Shown here piece after piece: positions 18,075 to 28,463 of a stretch of 43,579 bases of DNA. Under the pieces are notes generated by a model that searched no databases, was not told where the DNA came from, and was given only the letters and a program-made list of their open reading frames with translations. The number at the start of each line of letters is the position of its first letter. The stretch's first letter is position 1. A program made the position numbers and the translations under genes. This DNA comes from a virus (Duplodnaviria > Caudoviricetes): positions 1 through 43,579 of the IMG/VR virus record IMGVR_UViG_3300010362_000007; one strand, written 5' to 3'.

Positions 18075-18511
18075 TGGCCTTCGACCTCAGCCCCTACCAG
18101 TCCCAACGCCGGGCGATCCAATCTCAGTACGCCTCGCAACGGGCGGTCAACGACTACAGCCGGATGATCGCCCAACAGCGGGGCAACCGGCAGATCTCTG
18201 ACTACCGGCGAGAGTGGAGCCAATCCGTCCCCAAGTTCACCTCGTCCTACGCCCAACGCGGGCTGGCCGGACCGGGCATCCGCACCGGGGTGTACCAGAA
18301 GGCGATGAACCAGTACGTCGGTGACTACACCCGGGGTCTGGGTCGGATGCAGACCGACTTCGCCAACGACTTGAACCAGTACACGATGCGAACCGGCCAG
18401 CTCGCCGCCGACCGGGAACAGGCACTGGCCGACGTGCAAGCAGCCAAGTACCGCAACATGGCGCTGGCCGGGATGTACCTGAAGAACCTCAAACCGCTCT
18501 ACGGAGGGTGA
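18074..18511 (+). CDS. Putative internal virion protein
   Basis: Helical Q/R/Y-rich protein, AQRGLAGPGI motif; position after the fibre genes. Confidence 0.65.
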   Translation: MAFDLSPYQSQRRAIQSQYASQRAVNDYSRMIAQQRGNRQISDYRREWSQSVPKFTSSYAQRGLAGPGIRTGVYQKAMNQYVGDYTRGLGRMQTDFANDLNQYTMRTGQLAADREQALADVQAAKYRNMALAGMYLKNLKPLYGG

Positions 18512-18514
18512 CCG

Positions 18515-19624
18515 ATGGCCTCGTCAAGCTCGTACTACTACAACGTCACCCACCCGACGACGAACGTGTACAAGCCGAACAAGATGTACACGAACTACAA
18601 GGGCAACGTCGAGAAGTCGTTGGCCCAGACCTATCCGCAGGCCAACTACGGCGACCGATACAACGAGTACACCAACGTCTACAAGGCCCAGACTCAGGCC
18701 CACCCGGACTGGACTCCGACCGCTGCCGCCAACTACAGCGGCTTCCTGATGACCAATCCGGCTGCGGCCGGTGGGGCACCAGCCGCGCCCAATCTCAGCG
18801 CTACTAGTAGTAGCGGTGGCGGTGGGGGAGGTTGGGGTGGTGGTTGGGGCGGTGGCGGCGGTGGTGGTGGTGGCGGCGGCGGTGGGATGACCGAAGAGGA
18901 ACAGAAGGCCGCAGCCCAACGGGTGTCGGACTATCTGATGGGCATCGCCCAGTCCCCATTGCTCAACCCTCAGTTCGATCGGGAGGCGATGCAACGGATC
19001 AACCAAGCCTCCCGCAAGGACGTGCGCTTCGCCAGGCAGTCCTATGGGGCGCTCGACCGTTACCTGCAGAACCGGATGGCTCCCAACCCGTACGCCAACT
19101 TGCGTTCTGCGCCGGTCACGGTCAACCCGCGGTTGGGTGCGTTGGCCCAGAGCCAAGGCGTCCTCCCCGCGGGGTACAACGCCGAGATGGCGTTGACCAA
19201 CACTCAGGGACGCCAACAGGCCCAAGGGTTCAACAACTTGATGCGTGGTCTCGGTGGTGGCTACCGGCAAGAGCGGGCGCTGCGCCAGGGGGAAGCCAAA
19301 GAGGGTCGGGCCTACGCCGTCAACGAGGTGCGCGCCGGACGCGACGCGATGCGGGCGTTCCTCGAACAGCAACAGCAGGAACAGGAGACCGCGGCCAACA
19401 ACCAGAAGCTGCAGGTGCTGCTGCGCCTGGCCGATGTTCTCGGCCCGGTCGGGCTGAAGTTCCCGTCAATGGCCGACCTCGGGTTCCCTGACTACACCGC
19501 GCCGGTCTACAACCCAGCGGAGAAGAAAGAAGGCGAACAGTCCAAGACCGGCGAGGGCAAGCTCCCAGTCGAAGGTGGGGGCGGGGGCAAACGCAGGGCG
19601 CGCCGCAAGGCAAGGAGCAAGTAG
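18515..19624 (+). CDS. Putative internal virion (ejection) protein, Gly-rich
   Basis: 369 aa with a poly-Gly tract and Gln-rich helices. Confidence 0.65.
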   Translation: MASSSSYYYNVTHPTTNVYKPNKMYTNYKGNVEKSLAQTYPQANYGDRYNEYTNVYKAQTQAHPDWTPTAAANYSGFLMTNPAAAGGAPAAPNLSATSSSGGGGGGWGGGWGGGGGGGGGGGGGMTEEEQKAAAQRVSDYLMGIAQSPLLNPQFDREAMQRINQASRKDVRFARQSYGALDRYLQNRMAPNPYANLRSAPVTVNPRLGALAQSQGVLPAGYNAEMALTNTQGRQQAQGFNNLMRGLGGGYRQERALRQGEAKEGRAYAVNEVRAGRDAMRAFLEQQQQEQETAANNQKLQVLLRLADVLGPVGLKFPSMADLGFPDYTAPVYNPAEKKEGEQSKTGEGKLPVEGGGGGKRRARRKARSK

Positions 19625-21058
19625 ATGGGCGTGATCATCGACCCGGTGACCGGCCAGCCGATCAACGTCCCCGGGGTGCAACCGTCGATGTATGGCGGGG
19701 CAGCAAACCCCGCGTTGCAGCCGATCCTGCCGCAGATCCCGATGGCGAACTACAGCTATGGCAAACCGGTGCCGTTGGAAACCTCCGACTACGGGACCGC
19801 GCTCGGCGTGCAGAAGGACGTGATCGACCAGCTCTTCGACGCCCGCACCGGGGCGATGGCCTCGATCCTGTACGGCACTCCGTCCTTCGACTGGGGCTAC
19901 GCCCAAGGCCAGACCAACCCGTTCCTCGGAGGCGGGGGCGGGGGCGGCTGGGGCGGTGGCTACTCGTCAGACGGTGGCGGTGGCGGTGGGGGTTACGTGC
20001 CCGAGATCTACAACACCCCGGTGATGGACTCGCTGCAGAACACACAGAGCCAGGTGTTGAAGATCGCCCGCGACCAGATCGCCCAAGGGATGGACCCGAC
20101 CAGCGTCAAATTCCAGATCCAGTCCGCGATCAACGCCGACCCGACGTTGGCGGCGGGGATCCCTGACATCGCGGGCAAACCCGGCTCCGGGTTGGAGACC
20201 GTGTTCGGCACTGTGGACAAGCTGTTCGATGAGAAGGCCGGGTTCCAACGCACGCAGCTGCAGAACCAGCAGAACCAGATGGCCTACGGCGGTGGCGACA
20301 ACCCGTTGATGGACTACGCCAAGCAGTGGGGTCTACCGATGGGGACCTATGGGCCGGGGAACTGGCCAGCCGACCTGCAAGGACAGATCAACCGGTTCCT
20401 ACCCTCGTCCCGCCAACAGCTGGGACGGATCCGCCGTCGCATGGGCGACCTGCCCACCCAAGCCAGGTACCAGCCAGTGCCCGAATCCGAAACGCTGAAA
20501 GCCGGAACCGTCGCCCCCGGCGACTACAACCGCTACCTCAACCAGGTGGTGGAACCGGGCGGGATCACCTCGGGCACCGAGTTGGGGGCGTGGAAGCAAC
20601 CCGACGACAGCAATCCGCCCGGCTTCCTGGGCGGGCCGAACTATCTCGATGTCGCCGCCCAAGGAACGAAGGGTTCCGGTGCGTACAGCTCCCGCGGTGG
20701 CTACGGAAACGAAGGTCCTTCCGAGGCTGAGATCAAAGGCACCGGATACGGCCGCTCACCGTCAGCGGGGTCAGGGATCATGTGGGCGCAACGAGAATCC
20801 AACCCGGCGTGGGGCCAGCCCACCGAGCTGCCCTTCGAGGTGCAAATCCGAGGTGAGCCGTACTGGACCAATCAGGCCGGTCAGCAGTACCAGAACCTGG
20901 CCAACCGCTACCAACGGGTGTCGAACTACCAGCAGAAGAGCCAGAACCAGTACAACCAAGCGGTCACCAACTATCTGGCCCAGCAGGGTCGGACCCCGGC
21001 CCGTGACGCCCTGATGGGTCGGATGGATGCGCTGCGTTCGATGGGGCTGGCCATCTAG
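19625..21058 (+). CDS. Putative internal virion (ejection) protein
   Basis: 477 aa, Gly/Gln/Asn-rich; contiguous operon. Confidence 0.65.
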   Translation: MGVIIDPVTGQPINVPGVQPSMYGGAANPALQPILPQIPMANYSYGKPVPLETSDYGTALGVQKDVIDQLFDARTGAMASILYGTPSFDWGYAQGQTNPFLGGGGGGGWGGGYSSDGGGGGGGYVPEIYNTPVMDSLQNTQSQVLKIARDQIAQGMDPTSVKFQIQSAINADPTLAAGIPDIAGKPGSGLETVFGTVDKLFDEKAGFQRTQLQNQQNQMAYGGGDNPLMDYAKQWGLPMGTYGPGNWPADLQGQINRFLPSSRQQLGRIRRRMGDLPTQARYQPVPESETLKAGTVAPGDYNRYLNQVVEPGGITSGTELGAWKQPDDSNPPGFLGGPNYLDVAAQGTKGSGAYSSRGGYGNEGPSEAEIKGTGYGRSPSAGSGIMWAQRESNPAWGQPTELPFEVQIRGEPYWTNQAGQQYQNLANRYQRVSNYQQKSQNQYNQAVTNYLAQQGRTPARDALMGRMDALRSMGLAI

Positions 21059-21060
21059 CA

Positions 21061-24000
21061 ATGCCCATCGATCCGCTGTACCTGCAGGCCAACCCGGTCT
21101 GGCGTCCACAACCGGTACAGCAGTTCCAACAGTTCCGACCGCCCACCCCTCAGACGCCCGCGGTCCAGATCGGACCGGTTCAGTCCTACATGAACCAGGC
21201 CGCGCAGCAGTACCAGCAGGCGTCCCAAGCCCAGGCGTCCCAAGCCCGATCCCAACAGGCTGCAGCGAACCCGTTCATCGGGGCGCTGCAACACGACGCC
21301 CAACTGTTCGCAGGTGCCCAACCCCAACAACAAGGTGGTGGGGGAGGGTTCCTCGGCGGGCTGATCGAGGCTGTCTCCACCCCGTTGAACTATCTGGCCA
21401 TGCCCGGGCGGGCGGTGGTGGCCGGACTGCAAGAGGCCCGCCAGGCGATTCACGGTGGCGACGCCGACTGGGAAGAGTTCTGGCGACACACTCGTGACCC
21501 GAGCTATGGCTACGGCACGGCGATGCGCGAAGAGGGCATCGACTTGGGCAAGTGGGGCAACCGGTTCATGGGCTTCGTCGGGGACGTGGCTCTGGACCCG
21601 TTGACCTACGCCACCTTCGGCACCTCCAAGTTCATGGGCAGCGCCGGACGGGCTGGACTGGCGCAGCTGGCCCAAGAGGCGGGGTTGGCCGACGACGTGA
21701 TCGCCAAGGTGGGCCGGTGGGGTGAGGCCGCGCTGTCCGCGGCCGAACGCGAACAGATGGGCATCGGCAAGGCCGGAATCCGTTTCGGGATCCCTTCGGC
21801 CAACGTGCGCATCCCCGGCACCGCAGGGATCCAACGGGCGGTCGGAGCCGGGTTCGGCGCGGTGCGGGCACCGTTCTCGGGGACCAAGCTGGCAGCCGCA
21901 GCCCGTCGTCTCGGCGGGTCCCGGGCACCCGAGCTGCGACCGTTCGTAGAGGCGTTGGCTACCGGGCGAGGACCGATGTCGGCCACTCAGGCAGCGGTCA
22001 GCTATGGCGCGCAGATGGCCGCACCCGGTGCCGAAGCCGAGTACTTGAACACGTTCGTCCGACAGATGCGGAGTCTGGGCAAGAAGCTGCGCGAGCAGCC
22101 CGACGTGTTGCACATGGTCGAAGCCGGGAAGCTGACCGGCAAGGCCAAGGCGTGGGCCGACCTGACCGGCGACATGTACGACACGTCCACACAGCGGTAC
22201 GGGGTGGGTCTGACCCGGCGTCAGAACTTCGTGCCCCACTACAACACCAAGGTCTTCAACAACTTCTTGGACAACGCCCGCGCCGAAGGCGGCGACGCCG
22301 CCGCCCTGTTCGATGACTTCGGGGATCTGGGAGCCGGGTCCGGCCGTCTGATGGAGCGCAAGTTCGAGCCGGGCAAGACCTACAACATTCGGGGCCAGGA
22401 CATCACTTTCGACCCGGATCGTCAGGTCACGATCCGTGACATCGAAACCAAGTTCCACGACGCGTTCGATGAGCGGTTCCCCGAGCTGCGCGGACAGAAG
22501 CTGGTCGAAGACGACCCCGAAGAGGTGTTGGCCAAGCTGTTGCAAGACAACGCCCGGGACGCCGGAGAAGCGGAACGGATCCGCCGACTGGAACAGGGCG
22601 GGGTCGTCACCGACGAGGCGGCGGCGAGAACGGAGAAGCGGGTCGCCTGGGATCAAGCCACCCGAGCCGAACGCCGTCAGGCCCGCCAGGTAGCCAAGGC
22701 CCGCAACAAGCAGTACCGCGACATGGCTGCTCGGGCACGGGAGCACCGAGGGGTGCTGGCCGAACATGGGGCACGAACGCTCCGCAAGGTGGTGAGCGCA
22801 GAAGACGTGCTGTTGGAACGGGCGCAACGGCTGCAGCGTCTGGCCGAAGGCAAACTCAGTGAGACCGAAGCCCGTCAAGCCGAGGCGGCAGCACGACGAG
22901 CGGCTCTGCCCGGTGAGTTCGGTGCCCTGGTGAGTGGGACGACGCCAGGGCAGCGGCAGCTGGAAACCCTCGCCGCCCACCTGAATCAGCTTGATTCGGC
23001 CATCGTCGGGTTGCGTCAGAAGATCGCCACCTCCGAGGATCCGGCCTACCAGGTGGCGTTGCGGATGGCCCAGGACCGTCGCGACTCCCTGCTCAAACAG
23101 GTGGGCGAAGGGACGGCCGCGTCGCGCAAGCTGCAAGGGATCCGTTCCACGTTGCGACGGGTCGAAGCCGACGCCCGAGCGCGGCCGACCCGGATGCAAG
23201 ACGTGGCCCAGCCCGGCGAGTTCGGCCCGGGGTTGGAGCGGGCCACGCCCGAGACCGCGGCCTACGGTGCTCAACGTCAAGCGGTGATGCAGGGCGACTT
23301 CGAGCGTCAGGTCAACGAGATGGACCAGGCGCAGATGCGTCTCGACGCCCTGCAAGCGGCTGGTGTGCCACCGTCCGGCCCCGAGTACCAAGCGGCACAA
23401 GAGGCTTTGCGACAGGCGACGCAACGGCGTCAGGCGTTGCTCGCTCTGGGGGCACCCGACATCAGTCGTCAAGCCGCCCGTCAGGCCGAGGCCGGGGCGC
23501 AGGCCGAGGTCGAACAGTTCGGCCATCCGGCCGAGGATTTCCTCGCCCAGCTGGCCACGTTGGCTTCGGGTCAACAGGTGCGTCCGATGCGCGAGGTCGC
23601 TCCCCAGATCAAGGCGGCTGGGCGGGACGCCACTCGACGCAAGCGGATCATCGCCGGGTTGAAGGCGATCACCGGCAAGAGCCAGCGGATCACCCCGCTC
23701 GGGACTGATGCGGTGAACCGTCGTCTGACGATGGAGCAGCTGGCCAACCCGGACCTGTTGGACCCCGAGATCCTCAACCTGTTGCCCGAGAACGTCCGGC
23801 TCGCCCTCGCAGACGAGGCCACCAAGCTCGATGAGATGCTGCGGCCGTGGACCGCCCGTGGCGATCCGCTCGGTCTCAACTTCCGTCCCGAAGACGAGTT
23901 GGACTGGCAGCGGGCGTTGGCCAAGCCGCCCGCGGATGTGGCCGCAAACGCCCAACGTCGGCAGGCCATCCAGACCAAGCTGAACGATCTCGAAGCCGAA

Positions 24001-27000
24001 GAGGATGCGTCCACACGCGGGGTCAAGATCTTCGGTGAGCAAGCGCAGCCTCGACCCGCTCAGTACGAGATGCGTCCATACTCGACCGAGGTCGAGGACT
24101 GGAACACGAAGGCTCGTCGGTCGGCCCAGGAGAACCTGGCCGACCTGGAAGCCCGGTGGAACGAGCAACAGTGGATCCGTACCGAACGCAAACGGATCGA
24201 GGAAATCCGGACACGGCTGAACGACGAGCTGCGCTCGTATCGCGCTCAGGGGCCGACCCAGGCCAAGCGTCTGGAACACGCCGACCGCAACGTTGCCGAG
24301 GTTCGCCAACGCCTGGCCGATCTGGCCGAGCGTGAACGCAACCTGCCCGACGAGATCACCGGGGCCGAACGCCAAGAGCTGGCGCTCGACATGCGGGTGG
24401 CCGAACAGCGCCTGGACGAACTCGGCCCGACCACGGTCCGTGAAGGTCAGGTGCCGGTCCGCACCCGCGAGGCCAAGGCGGGCACCGTCGAGAGCCGGGT
24501 CCAGCGTCGGCCCCGTCAGGTCGCCGCCGATCCCTACGCCGACCAGCGGGCCTCCTTGCAGAACGAAGTTCAGATCCTGCAGTCCAAGCTGGTCGGGCGT
24601 CGTCCGCTCACCGAGGCCCAAGGCCAAGCGCAACGGGAAGGTCGAATCATCCCGGCCCGGATGAGCCAGGCCCAACGGGAACGGGCGATGCGGGCACTGC
24701 GGTCGGTGCAACGACAACTCGAAGAACTGCCCCCGCCGCCGCTGTCACCACGCCAAGAACAGATCCGCTCACTGCGCGACGAGTTGCGCCGGTTGCAGCA
24801 GGGGGCACCGGGCGAACGGTCGGCGGTCGAGACCGACCGGTTCGCCGGGTTGGGGTCCCCGATGGACAGCCCCGAGATCCGCACCCAAGCCGACCGGGTG
24901 GCCCGACTCAACGACTTTGCCGTGCGCTACAAGCGGGCCATCGACCGGGGTGCAGGCGAAGGTCCAGCCACCGAAGCACTGGTGGCCCGGTCGGTGCTGG
25001 AGGACGAGCAGCGGCGTACCTTGGCCCGCCAGACGACGCAACGTAACGCGCTGGGCCGTTACGGCAACGAGACCGAACCGTTGCTCGGACCGGGCCAACC
25101 CAAGTTCTCCGACGAACAGATCGAGCGGTTGGTCGAAGGTCGCTGGCAACGCGAACAAGGTGTCCGCGCCCAACAAGTGCAGGACTACGCCAAGGCCCGC
25201 AAGGCAGCCGACGACGCCAAGGCCGAAGCCAAAGCCGAGTTCGACCGGGCCAAGGCAGCGGGTGAGCTGGGACGGGGCGATGTCAAGGCGTACCAGGCCC
25301 GGCTGAAAGAGATCGAGGCTCAGGTTCCGCGCAAACCACCGTGGCAGTCGCGCAGCCCCGAGGTCGCGGAGCGCATGTTCAAGACCGAACAGCGACGAGC
25401 ATTGGAACGCGAACTGTTGCCGGTGGCCTCGGCCACCGACCAGCAGACGCGTGACGCCGCAGGCGAGATGCTGGCCGAGTTCCTGCGACCTGCAGCCCGC
25501 ACGGTGATCGACGCCCGCAAGCAACGGTCGTTCTTCAAGAAGATCCGCGACATCCTCGAAGCTGGTGGCACCCCACCGCCCGAGGTCGCCCAGTCGTTGC
25601 AGGACTTGGCCTGGGACCCGCGGGTCGGTGCCACCGTCGCAGGCGAGGCGGGAAGGAATCCGTACACCGGAGTCGCCCAGGAAGAGGCCAACCGTCTGTT
25701 GGGTGTGGGCGGGCAGATGGACACGTACGCGATGGTCCAAGGTTTGGACGACCAGCTGCGCAACCGGGTCATCGAGGAAGAGGCGGCATTCGGTGGACTA
25801 CTGCAACAGCTCACCGGTTCCCGCTGGCGGGAGACGACCGGCGAACCCAAGCGTCTGTTCGCTGGGGGCAAAGGCCTCGAACCGTTGCGTGGTGCGCAAG
25901 GTCCGATCCATCCGCGGATGATCGGAGGACGAGGCAAAGGGGCGACCCTCAGTCCTGGCCGGGTGGCCACCGTCGTGGCCGGGAAAGGTCAGAAGCGAGG
26001 GGCCGCGTTCCTCGGCGCGTTGTTGGACGAGATCAGCCCGGCCGCTCGCGCCCAGCTGCTCGACGTGATCGAACGCGAATCCCGTCAGACTGGGCGTCGG
26101 CTCAACGACTTGGACCGCCGTCTCGGCCGTCTCGGTCGCGGTGACGAACAACTGACCGGTGACATTCTCGACCTGTTGGTCGGGGAAGGCCGACTCGGTG
26201 AAGCGGTCGCCCCGACCGACGTGTCCAACTTCTACCAGCCGGGGCTGTACCGGGAGCTAGCCGGGGAACGCGGGGCGCTACAAGAAGCCGAACGGTACGC
26301 CCAAGGGCTACCCCAACCCCAAGCGCCCACATTTGGGGCGGTCAGCCCTCAGGCTCAGGCCGAGCTGGAAACGTTGGCTCGTCAACAGTCCGCTGGACGC
26401 CAGCCCGCGCTCACTCGCCGGGAGATGGAGATCCGCGATCTCGGCCGGACCGAACAGGCACAGGCGAGGCTCACCGAGCAGATGGAACCGTTGCTCGAAG
26501 CCGAGCGCCGGGGTGTGGCTGCACGAGAACAGTTCGAGGCGTTGCCTGGGCTGCCCCAAGAAGCCAAGGACATTGCAGAGAACCAGCTGCTCGCCCCGGA
26601 CCGTTCTACGCTGGAAGCGTTGACCGGCAACCGAGAACAGGTTCAGCGTCACATGAACCTGGTGCAGGAACGGATCGACGCCCAGACCAAGGCGTTGGGC
26701 CAGGACGTGTTCGCCCTCACCGACACCGACAAGATCCTCGCCGGGCAAGCCGACGAACGACTCAACGACGCCGTGGCCATCGAAGAGGGTGTACGCACCG
26801 CGCAGCGTCGGGTGGCCCGGGTGAAGGCAGTGTCGATGCCCGCCAAGGTGAACACCACTGGGGCGTACGAGAAGCTGGTCACCGACATCACCGAGGCCAC
26901 CGCGTCGGGGGCTGACGACACCACGCTCAACTTGTTGAAGAGCGCCGCCGACATCATCCCCAGGATGCAGGAGCTGGACAACCGTGCCCAGTACCTCGAC

Positions 27001-28425
27001 CAGATGTCACAGAACCTCGCCAATGGCAAGGCGATCCCGATCATCCGCTCCGTGTTCCGCGACAACTTCCAGTCCTTCGCCACCAACGTCACTGGACGCA
27101 AGCTGGCCATCGACTCGACGGTGAAAGACGCCTTCGACAACATCGACCGGATCGTGATCCACGCCAAGCCGGGAGCGTTGGGCAAGGTGTTCGACGCCTA
27201 CACCCAGTTCTTCAAGACGTACGCCACGATGTCGCCGGGCTTCCACGTCCGCAACGGTCTCGGCGCGATCTTCATGAACAGCTCCGATGGTGTGGGGTTC
27301 CAGAACCAGATCGCCGGGGTGCGGATCTGGTCGGCGTTCCGTCACGACCCCAACGGTGAGTGGTGGAAGACGTTGCCCAAGCGTTACCGGGACGTGGCCC
27401 AAGACGTGGTACGGGCCGTGTACAACAGTGGGGCGGGCGGTCACTTCTCCGCAGCCGAGGTCGGTGCGGCTGCCTCCGGTCAGCTTGCCCACGGGTTGAA
27501 ACGGTTCGTCACCCAGAACCGGGCCGTGCAGTTCTCCCGACGAACCGGTGAAGCGGTGGAAGGTGCGGTGCGCGCCGGGATGGCGCTCGACACCCTGCTC
27601 GGCGGTGGTGCGTACGTCGCCAGACGGGGAACGGTGGGCGAGGCCACGTCGCGAATCAATCGGATTCACTTCAACTACAACCAGGTGTCCGAGTTCGACG
27701 CCAAGATGCGACGGCTCGTCCCGTTCTGGACGTTCATGTCCCGCAACGTGCCCCTGCAGATCCAGCAGATGACGGTCAACCCGCGCACCTACTTGCACTA
27801 CGAGGCGTTCCGCAAGAACTTCAACGAAGACCAAGGCGAAGCGGGCGGGACGTTCCCGTTCATGCCCAAGTACCTCCGTGACCTGGGCGCGTTCCGGGTC
27901 ACCCCCGGCACGGCCCTGGCTCCCGAGTTCGGTCCATCCCAGATGCGCGAGACGATCAGCGAGCTGGGCAGCATGAAAATGCTGTCGGAGATGAACCCGG
28001 TGCTGAAGGACGTGGGCCAGCTGGTCACTGGCAAGAACTTCTTCTACGGCTCGGACTACGCCGACCGGCCCTACCAGGTGGCCGGGGCCGAACTGACCCC
28101 ATTCCTGCCGCTGATGCGAGCAGCCGGGATGACTGAAGAGCTGCCCGGTTGGGGAACAGCCGTCCAATCTCAATGGGCTGACGTGGCCCGTGACTTGTTC
28201 CCGATGCTCGGCCAGGTCAACCGGCTGGGTGGGACCACCCCGGAACGCAAGGGCCGCACCACTCAGGCGATCTGGAACTTCTTGGGGTTTCCCGGCAAAC
28301 AGATGTCACCGGAGGTGATCGCCGCCGAGATGCGCCGCCAATCCGGCTCCAAGTACTACGCCGACCTGGACAAGCAGCGCAAGGCCGAGGCTCTGGCCGA
28401 GCTGGCAATGAGCCAGTACCGCTGA
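21061..28425 (+). CDS. Very large internal virion / DNA ejection protein (2454 aa)
   Basis: GFVGDVALDPLTY N-terminal region; C-terminal FFKTYATMSPGFHVRN..HFNYNQVSEFDAKMRRLVPFWTFMSRNVP region typical of podovirus ejection proteins. Confidence 0.75.
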   Translation: MPIDPLYLQANPVWRPQPVQQFQQFRPPTPQTPAVQIGPVQSYMNQAAQQYQQASQAQASQARSQQAAANPFIGALQHDAQLFAGAQPQQQGGGGGFLGGLIEAVSTPLNYLAMPGRAVVAGLQEARQAIHGGDADWEEFWRHTRDPSYGYGTAMREEGIDLGKWGNRFMGFVGDVALDPLTYATFGTSKFMGSAGRAGLAQLAQEAGLADDVIAKVGRWGEAALSAAEREQMGIGKAGIRFGIPSANVRIPGTAGIQRAVGAGFGAVRAPFSGTKLAAAARRLGGSRAPELRPFVEALATGRGPMSATQAAVSYGAQMAAPGAEAEYLNTFVRQMRSLGKKLREQPDVLHMVEAGKLTGKAKAWADLTGDMYDTSTQRYGVGLTRRQNFVPHYNTKVFNNFLDNARAEGGDAAALFDDFGDLGAGSGRLMERKFEPGKTYNIRGQDITFDPDRQVTIRDIETKFHDAFDERFPELRGQKLVEDDPEEVLAKLLQDNARDAGEAERIRRLEQGGVVTDEAAARTEKRVAWDQATRAERRQARQVAKARNKQYRDMAARAREHRGVLAEHGARTLRKVVSAEDVLLERAQRLQRLAEGKLSETEARQAEAAARRAALPGEFGALVSGTTPGQRQLETLAAHLNQLDSAIVGLRQKIATSEDPAYQVALRMAQDRRDSLLKQVGEGTAASRKLQGIRSTLRRVEADARARPTRMQDVAQPGEFGPGLERATPETAAYGAQRQAVMQGDFERQVNEMDQAQMRLDALQAAGVPPSGPEYQAAQEALRQATQRRQALLALGAPDISRQAARQAEAGAQAEVEQFGHPAEDFLAQLATLASGQQVRPMREVAPQIKAAGRDATRRKRIIAGLKAITGKSQRITPLGTDAVNRRLTMEQLANPDLLDPEILNLLPENVRLALADEATKLDEMLRPWTARGDPLGLNFRPEDELDWQRALAKPPADVAANAQRRQAIQTKLNDLEAEEDASTRGVKIFGEQAQPRPAQYEMRPYSTEVEDWNTKARRSAQENLADLEARWNEQQWIRTERKRIEEIRTRLNDELRSYRAQGPTQAKRLEHADRNVAEVRQRLADLAERERNLPDEITGAERQELALDMRVAEQRLDELGPTTVREGQVPVRTREAKAGTVESRVQRRPRQVAADPYADQRASLQNEVQILQSKLVGRRPLTEAQGQAQREGRIIPARMSQAQRERAMRALRSVQRQLEELPPPPLSPRQEQIRSLRDELRRLQQGAPGERSAVETDRFAGLGSPMDSPEIRTQADRVARLNDFAVRYKRAIDRGAGEGPATEALVARSVLEDEQRRTLARQTTQRNALGRYGNETEPLLGPGQPKFSDEQIERLVEGRWQREQGVRAQQVQDYAKARKAADDAKAEAKAEFDRAKAAGELGRGDVKAYQARLKEIEAQVPRKPPWQSRSPEVAERMFKTEQRRALERELLPVASATDQQTRDAAGEMLAEFLRPAARTVIDARKQRSFFKKIRDILEAGGTPPPEVAQSLQDLAWDPRVGATVAGEAGRNPYTGVAQEEANRLLGVGGQMDTYAMVQGLDDQLRNRVIEEEAAFGGLLQQLTGSRWRETTGEPKRLFAGGKGLEPLRGAQGPIHPRMIGGRGKGATLSPGRVATVVAGKGQKRGAAFLGALLDEISPAARAQLLDVIERESRQTGRRLNDLDRRLGRLGRGDEQLTGDILDLLVGEGRLGEAVAPTDVSNFYQPGLYRELAGERGALQEAERYAQGLPQPQAPTFGAVSPQAQAELETLARQQSAGRQPALTRREMEIRDLGRTEQAQARLTEQMEPLLEAERRGVAAREQFEALPGLPQEAKDIAENQLLAPDRSTLEALTGNREQVQRHMNLVQERIDAQTKALGQDVFALTDTDKILAGQADERLNDAVAIEEGVRTAQRRVARVKAVSMPAKVNTTGAYEKLVTDITEATASGADDTTLNLLKSAADIIPRMQELDNRAQYLDQMSQNLANGKAIPIIRSVFRDNFQSFATNVTGRKLAIDSTVKDAFDNIDRIVIHAKPGALGKVFDAYTQFFKTYATMSPGFHVRNGLGAIFMNSSDGVGFQNQIAGVRIWSAFRHDPNGEWWKTLPKRYRDVAQDVVRAVYNSGAGGHFSAAEVGAAASGQLAHGLKRFVTQNRAVQFSRRTGEAVEGAVRAGMALDTLLGGGAYVARRGTVGEATSRINRIHFNYNQVSEFDAKMRRLVPFWTFMSRNVPLQIQQMTVNPRTYLHYEAFRKNFNEDQGEAGGTFPFMPKYLRDLGAFRVTPGTALAPEFGPSQMRETISELGSMKMLSEMNPVLKDVGQLVTGKNFFYGSDYADRPYQVAGAELTPFLPLMRAAGMTEELPGWGTAVQSQWADVARDLFPMLGQVNRLGGTTPERKGRTTQAIWNFLGFPGKQMSPEVIAAEMRRQSGSKYYADLDKQRKAEALAELAMSQYR
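22982..22998. promoter_or_regulatory. Palindromic box inside a CDS
   Basis: TGAATC AGCTT GATTCG (encodes LNQLDS). Confidence 0.7.
27652..27668. promoter_or_regulatory. Palindromic box inside a CDS
   Basis: CGAATC AATCG GATTCA (encodes RINRIH). Confidence 0.65.
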
Positions 28426-28439
28426 ATCGGTCTGATTCA
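28423..28439. promoter_or_regulatory. Palindromic box
   Basis: TGAATC GGTCT GATTCA; TGA is the stop of the giant gene; GGGGGACA follows at 28441. Confidence 0.8.
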
Positions 28440-28463
28440 CGGGGGACAGAACCGGTTTCTGGT

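Noticed and set aside
18815-18886. GGT/GGC run as a DNA-level repeat element
   Set aside because: Explained by a poly-glycine tract in the coding frame; similar tracts occur in the next gene
21055-24717. 1220-aa minus-strand ORF and other long antisense ORFs
   Set aside because: Shadow frames of real genes in high-GC DNA, with no motifs or plausible starts
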